DNA of 53,776 bases, the filler included, from Stramenopiles sp. TOSAG23-3 (Eukaryota): the NCBI GenBank assembly GCA_900128585.1. It is 4 parts of 4 records of this genome, joined end to end, with 100 filler letters (N's around TTAATTAATTAA, not from the genome) between each part and the next. Parts side by side here need not be neighbours in the genome. Positions count along the whole stretch, not along the records: positions 26,989 to 40,347 come from LT642630.1; positions 40,448 to 53,776 come from LT642631.1; 2 more parts are not named here. The stretch is one strand, 5' to 3'. Under the pieces are notes generated by a model. It was not told where the DNA came from, ran no database searches, and worked only from the letters and a program-made list of their open reading frames with translations. Both the position numbers and the translations under genes were made by a program. Below, one piece after another: positions 32,213 through 42,617 of the stretch (positions are counted from its first letter, which is position 1; every line of letters starts with the position of its first letter).

Positions 32213-33262
32213 TTAATCGTCAAACCCATTGGGGTTCTCGGACTGCCACTTCCAGGCATGTGCGCACATTTCCTCCAGCCCCAGTGTTGCTTCCCACCCC
32301 AATTCTTCCTTCGCCTTGACGGGATCGCAGTAGACGCTCGCCAGGTCCCCCGGGCGGCGGTCCCCGATGACGTAAGGGATTTCTTTCCCAGCAGCCTTCT
32401 CCATGGCCTTCACCATGTCAAGAACGGAGTACCCCGTGCCAGTCCCAAGGTTGTACGTAAAGCAGCCGGCTGGGTCTTTGTCCAACTTCTTGAGGGCGGC
32501 CAAGTGTCCCGCGGCCAGATCCTCCACGTGGATGTAATCACGCACCCCAGTGCCGTCGTGCGTGTCGTAATCGTTGCCATACACGGTTAGCTTCTCCCTC
32601 CGGCCGACCGCCACTTGCTGGACGTAGGGCATCAAGTTGTTCGGTATCCCATTGGGACTTTCTCCAATCGTCCCGCTTGCATGGGCCCCGACGGGGTTGA
32701 AGTACCTAAGCAGAACAACGCCGAAAGTTTCGTCCGAGCGCACCACGTCTCGAAAAATCTCTTCCAGCATAAACTTTGTGCGGCCGTACGGGTTGGTGAT
32801 TCCAACCCCGGCTTGGCTCGACTCGGTCAACGGTGGCGCGGCGGTGCCGTACACGGTGGCGGAGGAGGAAAATACTACCTTGGTGCACCCCTGCTTTTTC
32901 AAAGCTTCCAGGAGGAAAAACGTGCCAGTCAAGTTGTTGTGGTAGTACAGCAATGGCAATTTGACCGACTCTCCCACTGCTTTAAGCCCCGCGAAGTGGA
33001 TGCAAGAGTCGATCTTTCCAGCGGGCGAGAGTGCGGCTTCCAGGGCTGGTTTGTCGACCAGGTCCGCTTCGATAAAGGTCAAATTCTTCGCACGCTCCTC
33101 CCCAACCAACGCACGGACCCTGTCCAAAGATTTGGGGCTTGAATTTACCAGACTGTCGATGACGGTGACTTTGTAACCAGCGTTAAGCAACTGGACCGTC
33201 GTGTGCGAACCAATGTAGCCCGACCCCCCCGTCACCAATACGTGCTGCTGTTGACCACTCAT
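32213..33262 (-). CDS. GALE: UDP-glucose 4-epimerase
   Basis: [62 protein letters not shown]. Confidence 0.97.
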   Translation of the reverse strand: MSGQQQHVLVTGGSGYIGSHTTVQLLNAGYKVTVIDSLVNSSPKSLDRVRALVGEERAKNLTFIEADLVDKPALEAALSPAGKIDSCIHFAGLKAVGESVKLPLLYYHNNLTGTFFLLEALKKQGCTKVVFSSSATVYGTAAPPLTESSQAGVGITNPYGRTKFMLEEIFRDVVRSDETFGVVLLRYFNPVGAHASGTIGESPNGIPNNLMPYVQQVAVGRREKLTVYGNDYDTHDGTGVRDYIHVEDLAAGHLAALKKLDKDPAGCFTYNLGTGTGYSVLDMVKAMEKAAGKEIPYVIGDRRPGDLASVYCDPVKAKEELGWEATLGLEEMCAHAWKWQSENPNGFDD

Positions 33263-35298
33263 GCTGGCTGTTACTACCGTAGAAGTATGTATTTTAATTT
33301 GTCAAATAAAAGTAACTAATTGCGAAACAAAATACTCACCAATACAATTTAATTCACAATCGTATTTGATTTGATTACTTGAGTCATTTATTAGTTCGCG
33401 TTTTTAATTCCACTTCTACTTCACTTTCCACAAAATAAATAATAATAATTAATTATTATAATTTAATAATAATATCTTCTTTCTTCTCTTCTTTCTTCTT
33501 CTTTCTTTTTCTTCTTCTTCTCGCTTTTTTCTTCTCTATATCTATCTACTATCTACCGTACGACGATGAGAAGAGAAGTGAACTTCGTAAAAGCCTTCTT
33601 TTCTTCTTCCTTCTTCTTCTTGCTTCTTCTTTTTTTCATTGTGTACCGGTACCGGTATTTATTCGTAGAGACTTTTAGGGTACTACGGTAATACGGCGGT
33701 GGCTGGCTGACCAATCTACTAATTTTTCACTTTTTCTGTTTTGATGATAGGGATTTTTTGTTTGTTTTCGTACTTCTATTGTAAAATCGAATGGACAACA
33801 TCCTCCTCCGTGCAGTATCTTTGGCGCAGAATTGAAAAAGTGCAAACAACTTTGTGTTAACTATTTCAAACAAAGAGATCTTTATGAAAAAAGGATAATT
33901 TTCACAATCTTAAAAAGTTAAATGCCTTTTCAGATACTTAAAATTGTGCCCCTATGCTTCGTTTTTCCAATCCCACAAATGAATAAATGTTTGCCCAGGC
34001 GATATTTGGTCCAAATCGTCCATTTCACACAAAATTGTCCCTAGGAACCGTAATTCCAAGTCATTAGAGGGCAAACAATTTGTAAACGTTCATTGACGGT
34101 CACACATGGAAAGCGGAACGATTGCCTGGTCTAAACTTATGTATTTAGGCATCCCCCTTGCTTTCGCTCATCGTTTTAGGCCGGAACGCTTCCATACTTT
34201 GAAAATCGAGTTGGATTTTTTTTCGCGCCACGGACACTGAACACTTTATTGAACAGGTGTCTATCAAAGCCTTTTACTTAAAAAAAAACAACGACGGTCG
34301 TGTTTCTTCAGTTTTTAAGAAAATGGGAATTTATTTTAAGAGATGCTGTGATCATATAAAAGACCGATTGCAAAAACAAAAAAAAGTTGCAAAAAAGTTG
34401 CAAAAGAACAATTGTTGTTGGTACATTGCAACAAAAGTAGTTTTTTTTTAGTGCTGTGTATATGTACTTTACTTTTACCAAAATTTATTCTTTGTTGTAA
34501 CTTTTGTGTTGGAATCTATTTCTTTCATTTTCATAACCTAACGAAGAGGCATGTTACTTTATTTTAAGAAATGCTGTGTGCATATATTAATATAAAATAC
34601 TCATTGTAATAAATAATAAAAAAAACAAACAAAAAAATGAAAAGAAGTCATTTGTTGTGGAACAAAATTGATACCTTAAATTGATGCTTGGTTTCAACAC
34701 AACCTTCAAATGGTCTTTTGTTTTCCTATTAAAGTATACATTAATTTTTTACTACAAATGGCTTAACTCAAACCTGCAAACCAATAATTAAGGAAATGTG
34801 TTAATAGAGATAACGATATGAGATCATTTGGAATTATAAGGCCATTGTAGATATAGGGATTTAGATGAAATCATTTCTCAAAATTAATAATAATAATTAG
34901 ACTACTATTATAAATAGAATTAAAAAAGTGATAAAATATACCTCTTTTATATAAACACAGTATATATAATTATTATATAGATACATATCCTTAATTATAG
35001 ATGGATTCTTTTTTTTTCTTCCTTCTTTTTATTGTTGTTCGTTGGGTCGTTCGTTGGGGGCGACTGACTATTTATTTGGAATTCTACATAAGTAAATATG
35101 ACAATAATAATATGACATGACCCTTCGTGGTACGTACTCTACAAATTAAAAAGTTGTTTCTTCATTCGGTTGTTCAATTATTATTTAGGAAGTTGTTGTT
35201 TCCATTCATAATCAGATTTCTTTCTGTCGGGTATTTGTTTTAGTGCGATGCGGAAAGAGTTGTTTGTTTGTGTGTAGTTAGTTCGCTAGTACTTACGT

Positions 35299-36285
35299 AT
35301 GTTTTCAAACTTTTTGAAAGCCGTGGACTCCACGGTCAAACGGACTCTCCAGAGTTCTCAGAAGCAAGTGCCGACTCCGAACAACACGTCGCCGGAGAGT
35401 TCTGGGGGGGCGTCGGGGACGGACAAGGGTTCGATCGGGAAGGGAAAAAATGGTGGGCGGGGTAGTAGTAAACTGTCGCCGCGCGGGTCCGCGGGAGGTG
35501 TGAAAGACATCGCTCGTAGAAGCAGCAGCATTGGTAGCATTGGGGACCTCTTGAAAGAGAAGATGTCCTCGTTTGAACGGCGCCCTGCAAGGGCCGATGA
35601 GGAAGGGCGCGCCCTGGTCGAGAGCAGGTCGGAACAATTAAACCGGGCAGTAGAAAACCACAAAATTGTTGTGGTGCAATGTGAAGATATAACGAAACGA
35701 ACCACTGCAAAGTGCTTCAAGGTAAAGAAACAGTTTGACGAGGCCAACCAGATGGAACACGAGCTGAAAGGCCTGCGAGAGACGGCTGCAACCATAAAAC
35801 AAATATCGATACAGGTCGATCATGTCCAGAGCAAGCTAGTGGACGTCGAACGGCTGTTGAAACAGGTGTCGGTGCTGGATGTTTCTGTCCAGCACCTGCG
35901 TTGGGAGAAACGCCTGGAGAGAGATTTGAACAACTTTAGAAAAAAGAAGAAACAAGCGTTGGCGGTAAAGAAGGGAAAGCAACGCGTCGAGAAGGTTACC
36001 AGCGGTTTCCGCAGTGACATGTCCCGGTTCTTTCGCGCCGTCTCGTCCGATGGCCCCCGCAGTGTGTCCCCGTCGGAACAGGCGGGGGTGGCTCCGAAAA
36101 CGAGTGATTTGGTGGAACCTGGTTCGGCCGTTGCCAGCACTGGCACGGCCTCGCCTGGAGGTAGCAAGGCGGGTGGTCCGATCGTTGAAGAAGGGACGGG
36201 GGGGCAAGCGGCGTCCGGGGGGGAGGAACAGGAGGAGGAATCCGACGATGATTTTGATCCCACGAGCTTGTACAACGAAGAGTAA
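35299..36285 (+). CDS. Coiled-coil protein, dysbindin (BLOC-1 subunit)-like
   Basis: Heptad pattern EL..L...I..I...V..V...L..VE..L...L......RW.....L..F.KKK resembles the dysbindin coiled coil. Acidic tail. Confidence 0.6.
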   Translation: MFSNFLKAVDSTVKRTLQSSQKQVPTPNNTSPESSGGASGTDKGSIGKGKNGGRGSSKLSPRGSAGGVKDIARRSSSIGSIGDLLKEKMSSFERRPARADEEGRALVESRSEQLNRAVENHKIVVVQCEDITKRTTAKCFKVKKQFDEANQMEHELKGLRETAATIKQISIQVDHVQSKLVDVERLLKQVSVLDVSVQHLRWEKRLERDLNNFRKKKKQALAVKKGKQRVEKVTSGFRSDMSRFFRAVSSDGPRSVSPSEQAGVAPKTSDLVEPGSAVASTGTASPGGSKAGGPIVEEGTGGQAASGGEEQEEESDDDFDPTSLYNEE

Positions 36286-36318
36286 ACTGACCGCCGTAAG
36301 ATGGTTTGTAATTCTTAT

Positions 36319-36381
36319 ATTTAAGTAATTAAAATTAATGTACTGCGAACTGAAATCTACTAAACATTCGAGGTTTACATT
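36319..36381 (-). repeat. Copy of a dispersed short intergenic repeat
   Basis: Reverse complement AATGTAAACCTCGAATGTTTAGTAGATTTCAGTTCGCAGTACATTAATTTTAATTACTTAAAT closely matches 48786-48863. Confidence 0.8.
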
Positions 36382-36599
36382 AATGTACGTACGAAATAAA
36401 TATGTTGTACATTCGTGAAAGTAGTTCTCTTCTTCCTTCTTATTATTCTAAAAAACAAATTATATAGTATGTTTATTCTTAATGTTGAAATACCTTTTCC
36501 TACACGTATCGCCCTAGAAATTTGTATTCAAAAACGTGCGTGAGGAGACTCGCCCGCGCGCGGACCCTGCCCTGCGCCGTCCCGCTCGACCAATACGCT

Positions 36600-37475
36600 T
36601 CAAAGGCCGAGCTCTTTGGCGTGGAAACGAACGTGGTCCTCCACAAAAGAAGAGATGAAGAAGTAGCTGTGGTCGTACCCGCTCTGCATGCGCATGTTCA
36701 AGTCGACGTCTGGGTTTTCGGTACTTCCGGCAACCAAGGACTCTGGCAGGAGCTGCCCGTCGGTAAAGAAACTATCGTCCGTGCCTTGGTCGCACAGAAT
36801 CTTCAACGGGGCGCCCGTGGTCGATTTGAACGCTTTGACCAGCTTCGACGCGTCGTGGGCGTCCCACATGCTCTTGTCGTCTTCCCCAAAGTAGCCCGTG
36901 AACGCCTTCACGCCCCACGGGCAGCCGCATGGGTTGCAAATTGGTGAAAACGCGGAAACCGATTTGTACATTCCCGGGTTCTTCAGCCCCAGCGTCAGCG
37001 CGCCGTGTCCGCCCATGGAGTGACCAAAGATGGATGCACGGGCGGTATCGGCGACCGGTAGCGACTGGCGAAGAAGCTCCGGGAGCTCGGTTGTTACGTA
37101 CGAGTACATGTTGTAGTTCTTCGAAAACCCTTCGGTGGTCGCGTCAACGTAAAACCCTGCCCCTGAACCAAAGTCCCAGCCATCGTGCTCTCCCGGGATG
37201 TCCGTGCCGCGGGGCGAGGTGTCCGGGCACACAAGGATAACGCCACACTCGGCGGCAACCCGCTGGGCCCCAGCTTTCTCGATAAAGTTTAAATGGGTAC
37301 AGGTCAAGCCGGACAGCCAGTACAAGACGGGCGCCTTGGTCGTGTTGTCCGCCACTTGCGGTGGCAAAAACACCGACATGGTCATCTTTGTGCCCGTTGT
37401 CTTAGACTCGTGGTCGTAGACATTTGTCAGCCCGCCAAAGGCCTTTTGCGACTTTACTAAATTCAACGTCGACAT
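36600..37475 (-). CDS. ESD: S-formylglutathione hydrolase (esterase D)
   Basis: LYWLSGLTCT..NF..K, PDTSPRG, WDFGSGAGFYVDAT, GHSMGGHGAL, CPWG.KAF, GYDHSYFFI. ATG at 37475. Confidence 0.97.
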   Translation of the reverse strand: MSTLNLVKSQKAFGGLTNVYDHESKTTGTKMTMSVFLPPQVADNTTKAPVLYWLSGLTCTHLNFIEKAGAQRVAAECGVILVCPDTSPRGTDIPGEHDGWDFGSGAGFYVDATTEGFSKNYNMYSYVTTELPELLRQSLPVADTARASIFGHSMGGHGALTLGLKNPGMYKSVSAFSPICNPCGCPWGVKAFTGYFGEDDKSMWDAHDASKLVKAFKSTTGAPLKILCDQGTDDSFFTDGQLLPESLVAGSTENPDVDLNMRMQSGYDHSYFFISSFVEDHVRFHAKELGL

Positions 37476-37480
37476 GTTAA

Positions 37481-38260
37481 TTCTCAAAGCTCCGTGCAAA
37501 CGTTTGGAGAAACCGTATTTGTATCTTCTCTTCGTCAAGTAGTGGTATTTCGTACACGTACTTGTACAAGTTTTCCCCGTGTGGGAAAGTTTCTGCGAAG
37601 GGTTTTGTTTGTGCAGATGACCCTGACGGAGTATTGCAGGGAACGGCAGTCCAAAAAGCCGCAGTGGACCCGGACGACAAAAAATGCTGGGTGCTGGGAC
37701 AGTTTGACGAAACTGTTTCACAGGATAATTGGCAAGTCTTGTTCGACTCCAAGAAGAAAGTGGACGGGGTTCAACTCAGCACGGACAATGGCACCGGGAA
37801 CCAGTGCAAGGACGGGTTGCCAAGGAAGCTGCAAATTCAGTATGTTTGTGGTAACAACCTTTCCCCGGCTGACAATTCTTGGAAAGTTACACAACCTTCG
37901 CCATGCTTCTACAGCATCAAGTTTCCGACCAACATAGCGTGCGTCAATGGAGAGACGCCGCCGGGCGGTTTAGGGTTCGGGACAATCGTTCTGATCGTAT
38001 TTAGTTCCAGCCTGGTCCTTTACACCATCGTTGGCTTTGCCATCAAGTCCCGGGGGGGAGCCACGGGGATGGAAGCACTCCCAAGCTTCGACGTTTTGAA
38101 CGCGTCGAGGGAGGGAAGTGTTTTCTTCTTCTCCAAAGTAAAGGAGGTTGTAGCTCCAGGAAGCGTGGACAACTCCTATGACAATTTTGGTGCGGCCGCG
38201 CCCGACAGCAGCTCCCAATCGTACCAAAACCAATACGACAAGGAGTACGGTGACTTTTAA
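37481..38260 (+). CDS. Mannose-6-phosphate receptor / ATG27-like type I membrane protein (MRH domain); 5' end missing
   Basis: YKFSPCG, CWVLGQF, GNQC...RKLQIQYVC, PSPCFY.I.F.T..AC, GLGFG + TM helix, GMEALP cytosolic motif. The frame is open back to 37481 but has no upstream ATG or signal peptide. Confidence 0.75.
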   Translation, partial: FSKLRANVWRNRICIFSSSSSGISYTYLYKFSPCGKVSAKGFVCADDPDGVLQGTAVQKAAVDPDDKKCWVLGQFDETVSQDNWQVLFDSKKKVDGVQLSTDNGTGNQCKDGLPRKLQIQYVCGNNLSPADNSWKVTQPSPCFYSIKFPTNIACVNGETPPGGLGFGTIVLIVFSSSLVLYTIVGFAIKSRGGATGMEALPSFDVLNASREGSVFFFSKVKEVVAPGSVDNSYDNFGAAAPDSSSQSYQNQYDKEYGDF

Positions 38261-38799
38261 AGAGATTTGTTCGTCTCTTTTCTTCTTCATCTCCTCCTCC
38301 GACGTGATGAGATGTCGATCGACCGACGGCACCACCGAATAATAATATATTTTAAGCACAAATTTTATTAATATTATTTGTACTTTATTTAATACAATAT
38401 TTATAATATAATAATGACATATAATAATATAATAATGGATTATATTTACTCTTTGTTTTAATAAATAATATTTTAATCCTTAAGTTAAGTTATATAAAAG
38501 ATACGCTAAACAACAATCACCACCGACCACTAAAAAAAAACATATTATAGAAGATATAAGAAGAAGGTTTTTTTTACAGCAAGCAAGCAATAAAAAGACA
38601 TCTTCTATATGTATTTGTAGATTAATAAATGTTGAAAAAGAAAAAATGACATATAATAATTGTTATGGAGAAACGATTAGAAACATTCAGGGAAAATAAT
38701 AGTAAAGAAAACCAACACATGCACTGAGAATCTGAACAGAAACATTATTAAACCGCGTAGTATTACTCTTCTTCTTATTGAAAACAAAATTTCATCGTC

Positions 38800-39980
38800 A
38801 TGGCCTCTCTAACTTCAACTGAAGGACAGACCATTACTTGCAAGGCCGCCGTGCAGTTCGAACGGAAAGGGGAGTAAACGTCGCGCCCCCGAAACGGTTG
38901 GAAGTGCGCATCAAAATTATTGGGAGTGGTGTGTGCCATACGGACTACTCGGAGCCCTTGTACGCGTCCCAACAGTTCCCAGTCATTTTGGGCCACGAAG
39001 GAGGAGGTATTGTCGAGAGCGTTGGTGAAGGCGTTACACAGTGCAAAGTGGGGGACCACGTCATCCCACTGTACATCCCAGAGTGCCGCAACGAGTACGA
39101 GAAAGACTATGGCCACTGCCCTTATTGCAAAAAAGAGAACTTCCACAAGACGAACCTCTGCGGAGCCATCCGCATCACGCAAGGAAAAGGCCTGATGCCC
39201 GACGGGACGTCGAGGTTCAGCACGACGGACGGCCAAACAGTTCACCATTTTATGGGCTGTTCGTCGTTTAGTCAGTACACCGTCTGCCCGGAAATCGCCG
39301 TTGCCGTCGTGCCGAAGGAAGCCCCATTGGACAAAATATGCCTTTTGGGCTGCGGGGTCACCACAGGATACGGCGCGGTAATGAACACGATCAAGGCAGA
39401 ACCAAATACGACCGGGGCGGTCTGGGGCCTGGGGGGCGTTGGCCTGGCCGCCGTCATGGGCTTGAAGGCGGCGGGTGCGACGCAGATCATTGCGATCGAC
39501 ATCAACGAGGCCAAGTTCCCGATCGCGAAAGAGTTCGGTGCCACCGTGTGCATCAACCCAAAGGCGTTGCCGGAAGGGACCTCCCTTGGGGACAAGCTGA
39601 ATGAGCTCTGCGGTGGCTACCCTGGCGCTGGGCCAGATTACACGTTCGAGGCGATCGGCAACATCGTTACCATGCGCCAGGCCCTCGAGTACGTACACAA
39701 AGGCTGGGGGAAATCATGTATCATTGGCGTTGCGCCCGAGGGGCAAGAGATTAGCACTCGCTCATTTCAAATGGTGATCGGCAAGGAGTGGCACGGAACC
39801 GCTTTTGGTGGTACCCGGGGGCGCACTCAACTGTCCGGCTACGTCTCCAAGTACTTGGAAGGGACCTTCAAAGTTGACGAATTCGTTACCTTCACCTTCC
39901 CCCTTGCAGAAATCGAGGAAGCCTTCCACAAGCTTCATAGTGGGGAAGCATTGCGAAGCGTCATTTTGCTCCACGAGTAA
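38800..39980 (+). CDS. ADH5: Class III alcohol dehydrogenase / S-(hydroxymethyl)glutathione dehydrogenase-like; frameshift near 38872
   Basis: ATG 38800 gives MASLTSTEGQTITCKAAVQFERKGE*. A second frame continues VNVAPPK.LEVRIKI, GVCHTD, ILGHEG, TNLC..IR.TQGKGLMPDGTSRF, HFMGCS.FSQYTV, GLGGVG, HKGWG.S, GTAFGG. Confidence 0.9.
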
Positions 39981-40347
39981 GCAGACGATGGAAGAGAGAA
40001 AAGAGACATTGAAATTTGACGAGTTCGTATTCTACATGCTCGCGAGAAGTTTTAAAAAAAAAACCGCTTTAAATTGGACCGAAGGTGCGTTTACAAATGT
40101 TTTTGCGGGGTACGGTGGATAAATATAAATATAACGAAAAAGCAATTTTTTACTTTCTTTCGTAATAATAATAATAAAAAAATAATAATTTAATCTACTC
40201 CTCCTCCTCCAGCACCCCCCTGCTGCTCCTCCTCTGCTGCTCTGTGGCAAAAGAAAAAAAGATAGAAGATAGAGTAGAATACATTAAAGATGATCTTTTG
40301 TTTTAAAAATATTATTAATTTCTATTCTTCATTCAACAATTTTTTCT

Positions 40348-40447
40348 NNNNNNNNNNNNNNNNNNNNNNNNNNNNNNNNNNNNNNNNNNNNTTAATTAAT
40401 TAANNNNNNNNNNNNNNNNNNNNNNNNNNNNNNNNNNNNNNNNNNNN
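40348..40447. other. Artificial contig-join linker
   Basis: N44-TTAATTAATTAA-N44. Confidence 0.97.
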
Positions 40448-41968
40448 GATACTGTCTGGCAAGGCGGTGATATTATTGTGTTTCGCGTCAAGACCGACTA
40501 GATCACGTAGACGACCAATGCTTTCTGGTATTGCTTTCAAACGATTGCTTGCCAATGTAATTCTTAACAACCTTTTGACGTCCCCAATATTGTCCGGCAA
40601 GTACACTAAACGGTTTCGTGTAATAAACAAAACCACCAAACGCTTATGGTTGTCTGGCATGTTGGATGGCAACGATTCAAGGTTTCCAGAATATATCTGT
40701 AGCTTTATAAGAGACTTCATAATTTCAAACGATGTTGGCAATGTACGATTTTGATAGTATGGTATTGTCAGTACGGCACAATCGCATCGAGGCACGTACG
40801 GATTTTGACAAAACGGAACTTCTAAACGACAGGATTCCCATATGGTATCGATTTCGTACAGGTCCGTGCATTTCTGTGTGTCTATATGCCCACTGTGAAC
40901 GACTGTTTGTGATACTACTAAGCTTGCGTAGAATAGGAAAAACATGGAATTGACGATGGTGAGAAATATCTTTCTACCTTTTGTCATGCATCCAATCTGT
41001 ATAGACATTGAAGCTACCGACAGTCGACCCCTAGAGCTGGTCTTTATTAGTTTTTGCTTTTGCTGTGCCAACGTCAAAGCATTCTCCATCAGTGCTGTTA
41101 TCTTGGACATTAAACCATACATGGGAATGCACGTCAACCGAACCATTTCCCAAATATCAACGGGAACATCGTGCGCAAAATAAATGAAAGACAAGGGAAA
41201 AGCAAGGCAAAACGTGTCGACAAACATATCGACAAGTATTTGTCGATCTCGCTGGGCAGACGAGTTCATTTTGAACACGTCCCGCGTAGAGTATGCAATC
41301 TCAAACATCATAACGGCGATCAAAATGTAGAGTGCAGTCGTATCAAGCTGGCACACATACAAATTCAACATGTTATAGACTTGATTTGCACGTTCTGCGA
41401 TTTCCATAGAGTACATTTTAAACAAGAAATACTTTCCATTGATTTTGAAGTAAGTTTGGAACCGTATGAGCTTTCCTATATATAGTAAACAGTCGTTAGG
41501 CAAAGCAGAGGTGGAGTTTTTTGTTGAAATTGTACTTTTGCGCTTTCTATGCCTGTTGTTGCAGAAAAACTTTATGTACTCCCTTGCAAACTTGAGTATT
41601 AACCCCCCAAAACAAATTCCCCAGAACAGAAAAACTTCCGCGCCCTCTCTACCAAATAATATAAACCTCGGGTTATACATTGAATACAGGTAGAACGACA
41701 AACCACAAAGGATTCCGGTGTAGGTAAGCAAAACCACTGTGTCAACACGTAAACATGCAATACAGTTCTTCTTCACGGTCATGGTCATTTCTGAGTTATT
41801 TATTATTTGTTTTCTTCGGACATTAATCGTAGTGCCGCCTTGGTCGTCTAGACGTGTTTGCGTTTCCACGGGCTGATCGTTCGTGCCTTTGTCTTCTAGA
41901 AGAGCAGAGGGTGTCTCCGTAGGCACCATCTGCACCTGAACGTTATCGGTACGGAGGGGAAAGGCCAT
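40448..41968 (-). CDS. Multi-pass membrane protein with Cys-rich linker and C-terminal LRRs, 3'-truncated
   Basis: Several TM segments, CRLEVPFCQNPYVPRCDC, then LxxLxxxxNxLxxLPxxIG repeats running into the gap. Confidence 0.85.
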
Positions 41969-42617
41969 GTTCTAAGCTTCCCTTTGGCCATAAACAAGCA
42001 AACACTTTGAGCCTTCTAATTAGTTTGAATACTGAACTCAAAACTAGAACGGTTTTACCTTCTAGATTTGTAATAAATGGAAGAAAACCATCGATAAATA
42101 ATTGGCTGTGACCGTTTGTTATTTCTACTTTTCTTGGTGGTGGTATTATAATAATAATTATTATTATTACAAAAAACAGAACACGCACTACAAGGTACAA
42201 GTAGGAGATCTTTTATTAAAATAATTGTTGCATACTACTACTACGATATTATATACCGGTACGAGGTATTGGTACCCGTACCAACGTTGAAAGGTTGTGG
42301 CTGTGTTGAGGAAGCGGTGTACCAACCGTGCTTCTTCGTGTGCTTACCGGTACGGTATAATACAGGTACCTGTACTAATATTCGCTCTTACTACTGCTGC
42401 GGAAAAAAAATAATATTACAACATACTATATATATATAAAAACAAGAAAATTGGCTGTTATTTATATATAAGATTGTTTATTTAAAAATTCTCTTTTCCA
42501 TTTTCAGTTCATTTTTCTGGTGCATAATTACAAACCGTTGAACTCCGAGAGAGAGTATTTCATTATTCTATAATCGCTTTAATTCATTTTAATCAAAAGT
42601 CTCAAGCAACGATTTTA

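Noticed and set aside
36600-37721. 373-aa extended ESD ORF from the ORF track
   Set aside because: The extension is antisense to the M6PR-like gene and begins at a non-ATG codon. Homology starts at ATG 37475.
13406-40447. TTAATTAATTAA palindrome repeated three times inside N runs
   Set aside because: Identical 44N-12-44N construction with stops in six frames. It is an assembly linker, not biology.
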